Source: Octopus sinensis (Eukaryota). From it: a stretch of 64,000 nucleotides of DNA. The DNA is taken from positions 7,936,001 through 8,000,000 of the forward strand of contig NC_043024.1 of NCBI RefSeq assembly GCF_006345805.1, read 5' to 3'. The translations under genes and the position numbers were made by a program. Below, one piece after another: positions 11,683 through 23,877 of the stretch; the stretch's first letter is position 1, and every line of letters begins with the position of its first letter. The notes under the pieces were generated by a model, which saw only the letters and a list, made by a program, of their open reading frames with translations, ran no database searches and was not told the DNA's origin.

Positions 11683-12224
11683 GAGGCTACTAAAGTTCAG
11701 TGGGATTGAACCCAGAACCATGTGGCTGAGAAGCAAGCTTCTTACCACACAGCCACACCAGCCATATTTATATATGAAATTAGCGCTGATATGACTCAAT
11801 CTCGCTTACCGTAGAGAGCTTGTCTACCTTGTCAGTCATTAGATAAGTGCTCCCATGTGGCTAAGAATTGTTCTGACTCTTATTTCTAGCAAAGCTGGTG
11901 CTGACTAGCACCCTCCCATCAGTGACGACTACACCGGTTGCCTTAATAATTTATGTATGTATATATATTAGGTCATCCCATAAATAATGTTGTTCCAGTT
12001 CACTGGAAAGGGGTTGTGATGTCACTGGTGCCAAGATGTATTGGCCTTTGCGATTTCCCTTGGATAACATCAGTGGTGTAGAGAGGGGAAGCTGGTTTTC
12101 ATTGGTGAGTGGTGGTCTTCCATAAACAACCTTGCTCCCAGACTTGTGCCTTGGAGGGGAACTTTCTAGGTGTAATCCCATAGTCATTCCTGATCGAAGG
12201 ATGACTTTACCCTTTTGTGTATAT

Positions 12225-12770
12225 GTGCCGGTGGCACGTAAAAAGCACCCACTACACTCACGGAGCGGCTGGCGTTAGGAAGGGCATCCAGCTGTAGATA
12301 CACTGCCTGATCAGACTGGTGCCTGGTGCAGCCTCCTGGCTTCCCAGACCCCAGTCAAACCGTCCAACACATGCTAGCATGGAAAACAGACATCAAACAA
12401 TGATGATATATATGTATATATATATATATAGGGTCATCCCATATAAAAGTATAAAAACACAGCATTATTTATGGGATGACCCAATATATATATATACATG
12501 CCGTTGCCAGCCTCGCCTGGCCCCCGTGCCGGTGGCACGTAAAAAGCACCATCCAACCGTGGCCGTTTGCCAGCCTCGTCTGGCACCTGTGCCGGTGGCA
12601 CGTAAAAAGCACCCACTACACTCACGGAGTGGTTGGCGTTAGGAAGGGCATCCAGCCGTAGAAACACTGCCAGATCAGACTGGTGCCTGGTGCAGCCTCC
12701 TGGTTTCCCAGACCCCGGTCGAACCATCCAACCCATGCTAGCATGGAAAGCGGACATTCAACGATGATGA
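12225..12770 (+). repeat. Composite right arm of the long inverted repeat
   Basis: Mini MITE at 12430-12484 flanked by family C SINEs; reverse complement of 10977-11503. Confidence 0.85.
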
Positions 12771-14753
12771 TGTATGTGTGTGTGTGTATTGCATACATAC
12801 ATACAGTACATAATTAGGTAAATGTATCTGCAACTCAGTTTTGAGCAGTGCCATTCAGTGGTGGCTTTTCAATCCTGTTTAGGACCTACTCCCTTTTGCA
12901 CAGATGTGGAAGTGATGTTCACCGCCTGCAGCAAATGTTCAGAGAGCTTACCATCCACTATATATACATTGGTTGGCGTTAGGAAGGGCATCCAGCTGTA
13001 GAAACATTGCCAGATAAGACTGGAGCCTGGTGCAGCCTTCTGGCTTCCCAGATCCCCAGTCGAACCGTCCAACCCATGCTAGCATGGAGAACGGACGTTA
13101 AACGATGATGATGATCATGATGATATGTGTGTGTGTCTGTTTGTTCCCCCATTACCACTTGACAACCGGTGTTGGTGTGTTTGTGTTCCTGTTACTTAGT
13201 GGTTTGGCAAAAGAGACTGATAGAATAAGTACCAGGCTTAGAAAAAAAGTCCTGGGGTTGATTCATTTGATTAAAAATTCAAGGTGGTGCTCTAGCATGG
13301 CTGCAGTCTAGTGACTGAAACAGGTAAAAGATATATATACACACACACACACATGTATGTATATATACAAACATATGCATACATCCCTCCAATCCCTTGA
13401 TAATCTCCTTCAAAATGTTCAAATACCAGTATGTGAAAAACATGAAGAATACCTGAACACCTTCAACCAGTAATGTCCTAAGCATAGCATCTGTTGTGGC
13501 TAAAACAAAAATCTTTGAGAATCTATATTTCATATAATTTAGTATATTTTCAAACTCACCCCTTGTTTAAGGTTTAGGGTTCTTATGAGGTTTAACTGTT
13601 CATTTGCGCCATGTCTTTTTTGTGTATCTCAAGAAATCTAATTTTGTAACACTATATTATTATTATTCTTTCCAACTCTACTAACAAGGCCTGAAATTTT
13701 TGGGGTGGGGATCAGTCGATCAGATTGAGCCCAGTACACAACTGGTACTTAATTTATCGACCCTTAAAGGATGAAGGGCAAAGTCGACCTCGGCGGAATT
13801 TGAACTCTGAATGTAAAGGCAGATGAAACACCGCTAAGCATTTTACCTGGTGTGCTAACATTTCTGCCAGCTCGCTGCCTTAACACTATATTATTATGAT
13901 TACTAAAGTGGTGAGGTGGCAGAATTGTTAGCACGCTGGATGAAATGCTTAGCGGGGTTTTGCCAGTCTCTACATACTGAGTTCAAATTCCACCGAGGTC
14001 GACTTTGCCTTTCATCCTTTTGGGGTCAGTGTAATCAGCTAGTCCCTTCCTCCCAAATTTCAGGCCTTGTGCCTATAGTAGATGACTAAAGCAGGGAGCT
14101 GGCAGAATCATTAGCCTGCTGGACAAAATTTGTAGCGGCATTCTGTCTGTCTGTGTTCAAATTCCACCAAAATCAACTTTGAGCACTGGGGTCAAAGTTC
14201 CATATTTTAACATGTATAAGGAACCCTTTTTTGTCAAAAATTAGGTTAAAAAAATATGGGAGTTTCTTATACATTGATAGTATTATAATCCCTTAGAAAT
14301 TCTTTTTATACATGGATAGTATTATAATCCTTTACAAATCCTTTTTTCCAAATTTTAAGCCCTCCAAATTAGGGGGTTCCTTATGTTAATATACAGTTGT
14401 TGACTTAGCCCCTCCCTTCACTTTGCAGGCCTTGTGCCTATGGTAAAGAAAGGTTTATTGAGGTGGTGAGCCTGTAGAATCATTAGCAGCATTTCGTCTG
14501 TCTTTTTGTTCTGAGTTCAAATTCTACCAAAATTGGCTTTGTCTTTCCTCCCTCCCTTTCAGGGTCGATGAAATAAGCACCAGTTGAGCCCTTGGGGTTG
14601 AAGTAATCAACCAGCCAACTCTCCCACCAAAATTTCATGCCTTATACTTATAACAGAAAGGATTATTATCATGATGACTATAATCACCACCATATTTGGA
14701 TTTGATTGCTGCTTTATTGATATCATTACAGTTAAGAATTGTGTGCATAAGAC

Positions 14754-15102
14754 TATTATTGTGCAACAGTAATAGTATTAAAATCAGCAACCTGTGTATC
14801 ATACTCAGTGCAGAGACATCATGGAAAGCCTAATTTGCTACGATAGTTTTTATTAGACACTACATCTATGACATACCATCTCCTGATGAATATCACAGTT
14901 AATTAATCTTACCATTCTGTATCTGCATTAAGTATGATACTCAGAATATATAAATGTGTATATTTGTCCCCTCTCACTGCTTGTCAACTGTTGATGGTTT
15001 ATTTGCGTCCCTGTAACTTAGCGTTTCAGCAATTGACCGATAAAATAAAATACCAACTTTGGATCTTTTCGGTTTGAATGGCAGTTTTTTAAAATAATTT
15101 TT
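14754..15102 (+). repeat. Local duplication of 16164-16512 (about 350 bp)
   Basis: Near-identical sequence including the CCAACTTT TSD half and the first about 40 bp of MITE M1. Confidence 0.9.
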
Positions 15103-15493
15103 CCCAGTTTGTCAACCTGCGGCCCTGTGCGCACGTGTGTGGTTAAGAAGTTTGATTTGTGAGAACCGAGTGGTTTCTGTTTCAATCCTGGTTTCACTGT
15201 GGTGCACCTTGGGCAAATGTATTTTTTTAGCTCCAGACTGACCAATACTTTGTGAGTGAAGTGAAATCGTAGTCGTGGCCTGTGCCAGTAATATGTGAAG
15301 AGCACTCATACCGGTGCCATGTGAAAGGCACCTGTGGCGGTGACACATAAAAGGGGCCCAATACACTCTCTGGAGCGGTTGGCATTAGGACGGGCATCCA
15401 GCTGTAGAAACCAAGCCAAAGCAGATTGGAGCCTGGTGCAGTTTTGTGGCTTACCTGTTCCAGTCAAACCGTCTAACCCATGTCAGAATGGAG

Positions 15494-15712
15494 CAGTGGT
15501 TTTCAACCAGGGTTCCGCGGAACCTTAGGGTTCCGCCAGTACAGTCCAGGGCTTCCGCAAGAAGTTACAAAACTGCTAAAATCGGCAGTAATTTTTAATT
15601 CTCTTGTGCAGATATGTGTACATAAGACTATTAAATTATTGCACAGGGGTTCCTCGAGCCAGTGGAATGTTTCCTTGGGGTTCCGCTCCAGCAAAAAGTT
15701 TGAAAAGCACCG
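15494..15712 (+). mobile_element. hAT-like MITE inserted in a SINE tail
   Basis: TIR CAGTGGTTTTCAAC / GTTTGAAAAGCACCG; 8-bp TSD GAATGGAG / GCATGGAG. Confidence 0.75.
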
Positions 15713-16469
15713 GCATGGAGAGCAGACGTTAAATGATGATAATGAACATTGCGTGGAAGCCCATTGCATATAAATTCGTTTTGGGCAACAGAAGCGGTTT
15801 TGATTCAAAACAGCAAGCTGACATAATTAGCACGCTGGGCAAAATACTTTGTTGTATTTCGTTGGTCTTTTTATGTTCTTAGTTCAAATACTGCTGAGGT
15901 TGACTTTATCTTTCAGGGTTGATAAAAAAAGCAGCAGTTGAGTATTGGGGTCGATGTAACTGGCTTAATCCTTCCCTCGAAATTGCTTGCCTTGTTGCAA
16001 AATTTGAAACCAGTATTAGTTCAAAACAGTAATCTGTGTATCATACATATTGCAGACACATTTTGGAAAGTTAAATAACACAAAAATACATTACACAAAT
16101 TACCCAGCAGCAGTGATGGTATTACTAGTTGTGCATTTCTGTCTGACCAACTGAATACAAATTTATTATTGTGCAACAGTAATAGTATAAAAATCAGCAA
16201 CCTGTGTATCATACTCAGTGCAGAGACATCATGGAAAACCTAATTTACTACGATATTTGTTATTAGACACTACATCTATGACATACATCTCCTGATGAAT
16301 GGTCACAGTTAATTAATCTTACCATTCTGTATCTGCATAAAGTATGATACTCAGAATATATAAATGTGTATATTTGTCTCCTCTCACTGCTTGTCAACTG
16401 CTGTTGGTTTATTTGCGTCCCTGTAACTTAGCATTTCAGCAATTGACCGATAAAATAAGTACCAACTTT

Positions 16470-16888
16470 GGATCTTTTCGGTTTGAACGGCAGTTTTTTA
16501 AAAATAATTTCCATGTAACTAAACACTTTTAAACTTCGTATACTGGTAGAATGTGTTTATAAAACATCTTTTTCTCTTGGCTTTATTGAGAATATTCTAT
16601 AGTTTGTAAGATATTTGTTATTTTTTTCTCTTCAATTTCTGTAATTTCAACCAATCAGTGACGTCTATTGAGGTAAAAAAAAAAAAAGCAACATTCTGTG
16701 CCGTATGTCCCTCGTTTAAGAAACAGATTGGGTTTATTTACATTTCTGAAGAAAAAAAGATACCTTTCCCCACATACCTAACCCTAAAACAGATTGAAAT
16801 GCAATAGATCGATACTAGGGTTATAATTATGGGTGACAATTTCATATGACACCGCTAGAAAAAACTGCCGTTCAAACCGAAAAGATCC
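16470..16888 (+). mobile_element. Merlin-like MITE M1
   Basis: TIRs as above; 8-bp TSD CCAACTTT (16462-69, 16889-96). Confidence 0.9.
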
Positions 16889-17370
16889 CCAACTTTAAAT
16901 AAGTCACCATCATTATCATTTCCTGCTATTTCCGCCTGCGGCAGAAGGTGCCCTAGCATGGCACAGTTACCTTCTTCATAATATGAATTTATATTATTAA
17001 ACACACCCCATTTTAGTTTCGTCAGCCGTCCTTGGAAGAAAGGAAGTAGGTATTAATTTTGGAGTTTTCCTTCTCTTAGATTGCTTGCTTTCACTGCAGC
17101 TAGGGATCTCTATCTACCCTTAGAAAAATCTATTTAACCCCTAGATGGCACCCTGACCGATACTACCGTTTTGCGTCAGAACAGACCTGGGAGTAATGGT
17201 AAGGGGTCTCCCCAGAGCTCCTGAACTGGAGTTTCACCACCGGATGCAGTTTAATGGCACACCCAGTACTGGGGGTCGAATTGTTCGACTAAGCCCTTTA
17301 GGGTGGTACTCTAGCATGGCCACAGTCCAATGATTGAAAGAAATAAAAGATAAAATATAGAAGCATTTCA

Positions 17371-17785
17371 GGATCTTTTCGGTTTGAACGGCAGTGTTTT
17401 TCTAGCGGTGTCATATGAAATTGTCACCCATAATTATGACCCTAGTATCGATCTATTGCATTTCAATCTGTTTTAGGGTTAGGGGTGGGGGAAAGGGTAT
17501 CTTTTTTTTCTTCACAAATGTAAATAAAGCCAATCTGTTTCTGAAACGAGGGACATATTCATACGGCACAGAATGTTTTTTTTACCTCAATGGACATCAG
17601 TGATTGGTTGAAATTGCAGAAATTGAAGGAAAAAAATAACAAATATCTTAGAAACTATAAAATTTTCTCAATAAAGCCAAGAGAAAAAGATGTTTTATAA
17701 ACACATTCTACCAGTATAGGAAGTTTAAAATTTTTTAGTTACCTAGAAATTATGTTAAAAACTGCCGGTCAAACCGAAAAGATCC
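17371..17785 (-). mobile_element. Merlin-like MITE M1
   Basis: TIRs as above; TSD GCATTTCA / ACATTTCA. Confidence 0.9.
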
Positions 17786-18329
17786 ACATTTCAAAGTGGT
17801 TACTGAAGGAAATGTTCTTGTTTAAGTATATTAGAAGCTCCGTCCTTCATTTTGCGTTTTGAGTCGGATTTAAAATCTTGGTAGCATCGTCGTTGCTTTT
17901 CGTTTTCCGAGAAGTCGATAAAAAGGAAAGAAAAATTCCATGTATGTACTCCGATCGATTTTATCGATTCTCCTCTAGAATACGTGAAAACGGTTGGAAA
18001 AAAAAAACAAAAAAACAATCTAGCAGTATTTAGTATTGTGTGTTTTACATTTGAGTTCGAATTCATCAGTAGCCGATAAAAACGAATGGGAAACATTGGG
18101 GGTATTGATGGTGGTAGTGGATGAGGCGTGAATCATCTGCTTCGATTAGTCTTTGTAATAGAGAGTAGCGATTGGTAATGGTTGCAAATTTTGGCATAAG
18201 GCCAGCAATTTTAGGGAAGCGGTTAAGTCGATTACGCCGACGAGTGTTGGATTGAAATTTTATTTTACTGAACCCCAAAGGCAATGTCGACTTCGGCGAG
18301 ATTTGAACCCAGAGCATAAAAACCCGAAG

Positions 18330-18919
18330 AAATACCTATTTCTTGACTGCCCACAAGGGGCTAAACACAGAGAGGACAAACAAGGACGACAAATGGATTA
18401 AGTCGAGTATATCGACCCCAGTGCGTAACTGGTACTTATTTAATCGACCCCCGAAAGGATGAAAGGCAAAGTGGACCTCGGCCGAATTTGATCTCAGTAC
18501 GTAACGGCAGACGAAATGCCTATTTCTTTACTACCCACAAGGGGCTACACACTGAGGGGACAAACAAGGACAGACAAACGGATTAAGTCTATTATATCAA
18601 CCCCAGTGCGTAACTGGTACTTATTTAATCGACCCCCGAAAGGATGAAAGGCAAAGTCGACCTAGGCGGAATTTGAACTCACAACGTAACGGCAGACGAA
18701 ATACCTATTTCTTTACTACCCACAAGGGGCTACACACAGAGGGGACAAACAAGGACAGACAAACGGATTATGTCGATTATATCGATCCCAGTGCGTAACT
18801 GGTACTTATTTAATCGACCCCCGAAAGGATGAAAGGCAATGTCGACCTCGGCGGAATTTGAACTCAGAACGTAACGGTAGACGAAATACTGCCAAGCATT
18901 CCGCCCGGTGTGCTAACGT
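18330..18919 (-). repeat. SINE B with a triplicated 3' part (about 185-bp units)
   Basis: CCTATTTC junction at 18335, 18519 and 18704; head at about 18918. Confidence 0.9.
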
Positions 18920-19872
18920 TTCTGCCAGCTCGCCGCCTTTCTAATTACAATTCTTTCTAATTTTAGCGACAGTTTTTGAGAATGTGGGGGGGGGGGGTTC
19001 GATTACATCGAACGGTATCATATTTTATCGACCCCCGGTGGAAGAAAAGGCAAAGCTAACACCGGCAGAATTTGAACTCGGAATGTAATATAGTAATGAA
19101 ATGCTTTCGCATTTTGGCACAAAGCCAACAGTGCTAAGGGGAGGGAGCAAGTCGATTACATCGACCCCGGGTCTAACTGGAACTTTTATTTTATCGAACG
19201 CGAAAAAAGATGAAAGGCTAAGTCGACCTCGGGGGAATTTGAAATCTGAAACGTAAAGAGCCGGAAGAAATGCTACTATGCACTTTTTCCGGCGTACTAA
19301 CGATTCTTCTAGCTCGCCGCCTTGGTAATAAAAATAATAATTATTTCTTTACTACCCACAAGGGGCTAAACACAGAGGGGATAAACAAGGACAGATATCG
19401 ACCCCAGTGCGTAACTGGTACTTAATTTATCGACCCCGAAAGGATGAAAGGCAAAGTGGACCTCGGCGGAATTTGAACTCAGAACGTAACGGCAGACGAA
19501 ATACGGCTACGCATTTCGCCCGGCGTGCTACCGTTTCTGCCAGCTCGCCGCCTTAATAATAATAATGATTGCAAATAATTAATAACATAACGATTAATTA
19601 CTATAAATTAAATAATGCGGGCGGTGGGTGTGTGATAAAAATTTTGCTTCCCAACCACATGGTTCTGGGTTCGATCCTACTCCTTGTCACCTTGGGCAAG
19701 TGTGTTCCACTGTGGCCTCAGGGCGACCAAAACCTTCTGATGGAATTTGGTAGGGGAAATTGAAAGCAGCATGTGTGTCTGTGATTGTCCCTCATCACTG
19801 CTTGTCAACCGGTGTTGGTGTGTTTGTCTCTGTAACTTAGCGATTTGGCAGAAGAAACCGATAGAATAAGTG

Positions 19873-20222
19873 GATGGAAGCACTCCGTCGGTTACGACGA
19901 CGAGGGTTCCGGTTGATCCGAATCAACGGAACAGCCTACTCGTGAAATTAACGTGTAAGTGGCTGAGCACTCCACAGACACGCGTACCCTTAACGTAGTT
20001 CTCGGGGATATTCAGCGTGACACAGAGAGTGACAAGGCCGGTCCTTTGAAATACAGGTACAACAGAAACAGGAAATAAGAGTGAGAGAAAGTTGTGGTGA
20101 AAGGGTACAGCAGGGATCACCACCATCCCCTGCCGGAGCCTCGTGGAGCTTTAGGTGTTTTCGCTCAATAAACACTCACAACGCCCGGTCTGGGAATCGA
20201 AACCGCAATCCTATGATCGCGA
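19873..20222 (-). mobile_element. tRNA-derived SINE family D
   Basis: Head at right (GGTTTCGATTCCCAGACC on minus); tail hairpin GGAACCCTCGTCGTCGTAACCGACGGAGTGC; other copies at 25128-25468 and about 59850-60170. Confidence 0.8.
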
Positions 20223-20399
20223 AGTACCAAGCTTAGAAAGAAGTGCTGGGGTCAATTCTTCAAGGCGTTGCCCCATCATGGCCACAATCTAATATCTGAA
20301 ACGGGTAAAAAAACGAAAACGAACTAACGTTTTACTATGCTAATTTTTATCTTTGTATTTTCCGTTGCAATTTATCCATGTTTCTCCGAAAAATTTCGA

Positions 20400-20794
20400 A
20401 ATCTTTGTACGATCGTGATAGCAGAGGCGGAGCAGATATGAAGTGCATATCTGCAGTTTCTGCTACTGCTGTTTGCTTGTTTATTGTCGTTGCTGCATCA
20501 AAGTAGTGCTTTTTTTGCAGCTGCTAACTGCTAGCTGCACACACATAGACCATTATTTACACACCAGTCATGGGTTGCTGCTATAGAATGCCCTTTTCGC
20601 AGCAGAGATAAACATATCGACTTGACGAACGAATAAGATTTCAGCTGTGTATAAAACATGACAGCGCGATGTCGTCGTTGTCATCGTTATGTTTTGACCT
20701 CCGCTTCTTCATCCTAGCGCGGGTTTAGCTTTAATGATATGTAGAACTATAACTTTGTTCGTGTTCGTGTGTGTGTGTATGCGTATACACACAG
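20400..20794 (+). promoter_or_regulatory. CpG-rich non-repetitive island; candidate alternative first exon
   Basis: Strong donor CAG|GTATGT at 20795; ATG at 20734 gives MICRTITLFVFVCVCMRIHT (phase 1); hairpin at 20419-20465. Confidence 0.3.
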
Positions 20795-20832
20795 GTATGT
20801 TTATGGTGTATACTTATTCACGTAGGCATGTT

Positions 20833-20875
20833 TTATTACTTCCGCCTTCGCTAAGGCGGGGGGTATTGTTTTCAG
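20833..20875 (+). mobile_element. Left end of a HINE/Helentron-type non-autonomous element
   Basis: TTATTACTTCCGCC...GGTATTGTTTTCAG resembles the TTATTACCTCCGCC start of this element type (from recall). Confidence 0.5.
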
Positions 20876-21135
20876 CTCTATTCTTTTCTTTTATTCTTTT
20901 ACTTGTTTCAGTCATTTGACTGCGGCCATGCTGGAGCACCGCCTTTAGTCGAGCAAATCGACCCCGGGACTTATTCTTTGTAAGCCCAGTACTTATTCTA
21001 TCGGTCTTTCTTTTGCCGAACCGCTTAGTGACGGGGACGTAAACACACCAGCATCGGTTGTCAAGCAATGCTAGGGGGACAAACACAGACACACAAACAC
21101 ACACACACTCATACACATATATACATATATACGAC

Positions 21136-21645
21136 AGGTCGACTTTGCTTTTCATCCTTTCGGGGTCGATAAATTAAGTACCAGTTACGCACTGGGGTCA
21201 AAATATAATCGACTTAATCCGTTTGTCTGTCCTTGTTTGTCCCTTCTATGTTTAGCCCCTTGTGGGTAGTAAAGAAATAGGTATTTCGTCTGCCGCTACG
21301 TTCTGAGTTCAAATTCCGCCGAGGTCGACTTTGTCTTTCATCCTTTCGGGGTCGATAAATTAAGTACCAGTTACGCACTGGGGTCGAAATATAATCGACT
21401 TAATCCGTTTGTCTGTCCTTGTTTGTCCCTTCTATGTTTAGCCCCTTGTGGGTAGTAAAGAAATAGGTATTTCGTCTGTCGTTACATTCTGAGTTCAAAT
21501 TCCGCCGAGGTCGACTTTGTCTTTCATCCTTTAGGGGTCGATAAATTAAGTACCAGTTACGCACTGGGGTCGATGTAATCGACTTAATACCTATGTCCCT
21601 GTTTGTCCCCTCTATGTTTAGCCCCTTGTGAGTAATAAAGAAATA
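21136..21645 (+). repeat. 3' part of SINE B, triplicated (about 186-bp units)
   Basis: AGGTCGACTTTG recurs three times; junction GAAATAGGTATTTC. Confidence 0.9.
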
Positions 21646-21847
21646 GGTACTACTAGCGAACAGTAGTCCCAGTGCGCGCGCTCGCGTAGTCGCGCTATCA
21701 AGTCATGACTAGTCGATCCTTACTTTGAGTTTTTGTTTTATTTACTTTGCCAGGTAGTCGTTTTAGGATCGACTAGTCACGACTAGCCGGTGCGGATGCG
21801 CAACTGCGCGTGCGCGCGCACCGGGACCACTGTTCGCTAGCAGTACC
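21646..21847. mobile_element. Merlin-like fold-back MITE M2
   Basis: 36-bp TIR GGTACT(A/G)CTAGCGAACAGT(A/G)GTCCC(A/G)GTGCGCGCGC plus an internal 19-bp inverted repeat; 9-bp TSD half CGTAATGTT at 21848-56, partner inverted at 22839-47. Confidence 0.8.
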
Positions 21848-22050
21848 CGTAATGTTTATAACTAAAACCCGCTCAAAAATATTTGCCACGTGACTGTTTA
21901 TGTGTACATGTATATAGATGTATGTATGTGTGTTATACACATATAAACATAAATATATATACATAAAGATACTATTATACGCTCTTTCTAGCACGTATAT
22001 ATAGAGACTAAGGCGGGCAAGCCGAAACTTCGAAGTCACAGTCAGCAAGA

Positions 22051-22207
22051 GCACTCAGAGAGCGCAAACCTCCGCCAAGGTAACACCAACGTCCTCTCAA
22101 CGATTAGCCGGAGATGATTTTTAAAATGAGAATATCTGAAATAAACCCGACTGCTCTCACAAGCGAGAATACTGAAAACGAACCTGGCCGCCCTCGAAAA
22201 TTATCAA
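22051..22207 (-). mobile_element. Right end of the HINE-type element, in inverted orientation
   Basis: Minus strand reads ...CCTTGGCGGAGGTTTGCGCTCTCTGAGTGC. Confidence 0.55.
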
Positions 22208-22305
22208 CTCTCTCTCTCTCTCTTTTACTCTTTTACTTGTTTCAGTCATTTGACTGCGGCCATGCTGGAGCACCGCCTTTAGTCGAGCAAATCGACCCCG
22301 GGACT

Positions 22306-22537
22306 GGTACTTGTCTATTGTCGTGGTCCCGGTTTCGCACACGCGAATTCGCGCGCGCGCGCGCCAGACGTAGACGGGAATTTTTTTTGGGGGGGGGGTT
22401 TAACGCGCATGCGCGAATTCTGCACTGCGCATGCGCAAGTCACCTCGTGGGATCTCGAGTATCGAGTACCTACGTCTGGCGCGCGCGCGCGCGAATTCGC
22501 GTGTGCGAAACCGGGACCACGACAATAGACAAGTACC
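22306..22537. mobile_element. Merlin-like fold-back MITE M3 inserted in a K SINE
   Basis: Perfect 68-bp TIR starting GGTACTTGTCTATTG; 8-bp TSD CCGGGACT (22298-22305, 22538-22545). Confidence 0.9.
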
Positions 22538-23057
22538 CCGGGACTTATTCTTTGTAAGCCCAGTACTTATTCTATCGGTCTCTCTTTTGCCGAACCGCTA
22601 AGTGACGGGGACGTAAACACACCAGCATCGGTTGTCAAGCAATGCTAGGGGGACAAACAGACACACAAACATACACACACACACACACACACAGACACAC
22701 ATATATACGACGGGCTTCTTTCAGTTTCCTCGGCGGAATTTGAACTCAGAACATAACGGCAGACGAAATACCGGTAAGCATTTCGCCCGGCGTGCTAACG
22801 TTTCTGCCAGCTCGCCCGCCTCGTTCGCTAGTAGTACCAACATTACGAACACGCAGAAAATGTCATGAGTGTAACATGTGTGTACACACGTACGCACACG
22901 CGGGTCGTTATTTTGTAAATAGCGGTTACTGTCCAAATATGCTATGGAAGCGCCGAACGACCGGTGCGCGTGTACGCATGTTCGCGCACGCGCACATACA
23001 GGTACACACACACGGATTGACGGAAATAGGTGGGGGCTAATTTTTTATTTTTTTTAA

Positions 23058-23877
23058 ATTTACTTGTTTCAGTCATTTGACTACGGCCATGCTGGAGCAC
23101 CGCCTTTAATCGTGCAACTTCGACCCCCGGGACTTATTCTTTTGTAAGCCCAGTACTTATTCTATCGGCCTCTCTTTTGCCGAACCGCTAAGTGACGGGG
23201 ACGTAAACACACCAGCATCGGTTGTCAAGCTATGCTAGGGGGACAAACACAGACACACACACACACACACACACACACATACTCTTTTACTTGTTTCAGT
23301 CATTTGACTACGGCCATGCTGGAGCACCGCCTTTAATCGTGCAACTTCGACCCCCGGGACTTATTCTTTTGTAAGCCCAGTACTTATTCTATCGGCCTCT
23401 CTTTTGCCGAACCGCTAAGTGACGGGGACGTAAACACACCAGCATCGGTTGTCAAGCTATGCTAGGGGGACAAACACAGACACACACACACACACACACA
23501 CATACTCTTTTACTTGTTTCAGTCATTTGACTACGGCCATGCTGGAGCACCGCCTTTAATCGTGCAACTCGACACCCGGGACTTATTCTTTTGTAAGCCC
23601 AGTACTTATTCTATCGGCCTCTCTTTTGCCGAACCGCTAAGTGACGGGGACGTAAACACACCAGCATCGGTTGTCAAGCGATGTTGGAGACACACACACA
23701 CACATACACACACACACACACATACACATATATATATATACATATATACGACGGGCTTCTTTCAGTTTCCGTCTACCAAATCCACTCACAAGGCATTGGT
23801 CGGCCCGAGGCTATAGCAGAAGACACTTGCCCAAGGTGCCGCTCACGGAACTGAACCCGGAACCATGTGGTTGGTTA
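23058..23877 (-). repeat. SINE K with a triplicated 3' half (223-227-bp units)
   Basis: TACTTGTTTCAGTC at 23061, 23288 and 23511; the third unit continues to the head. Confidence 0.9.
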
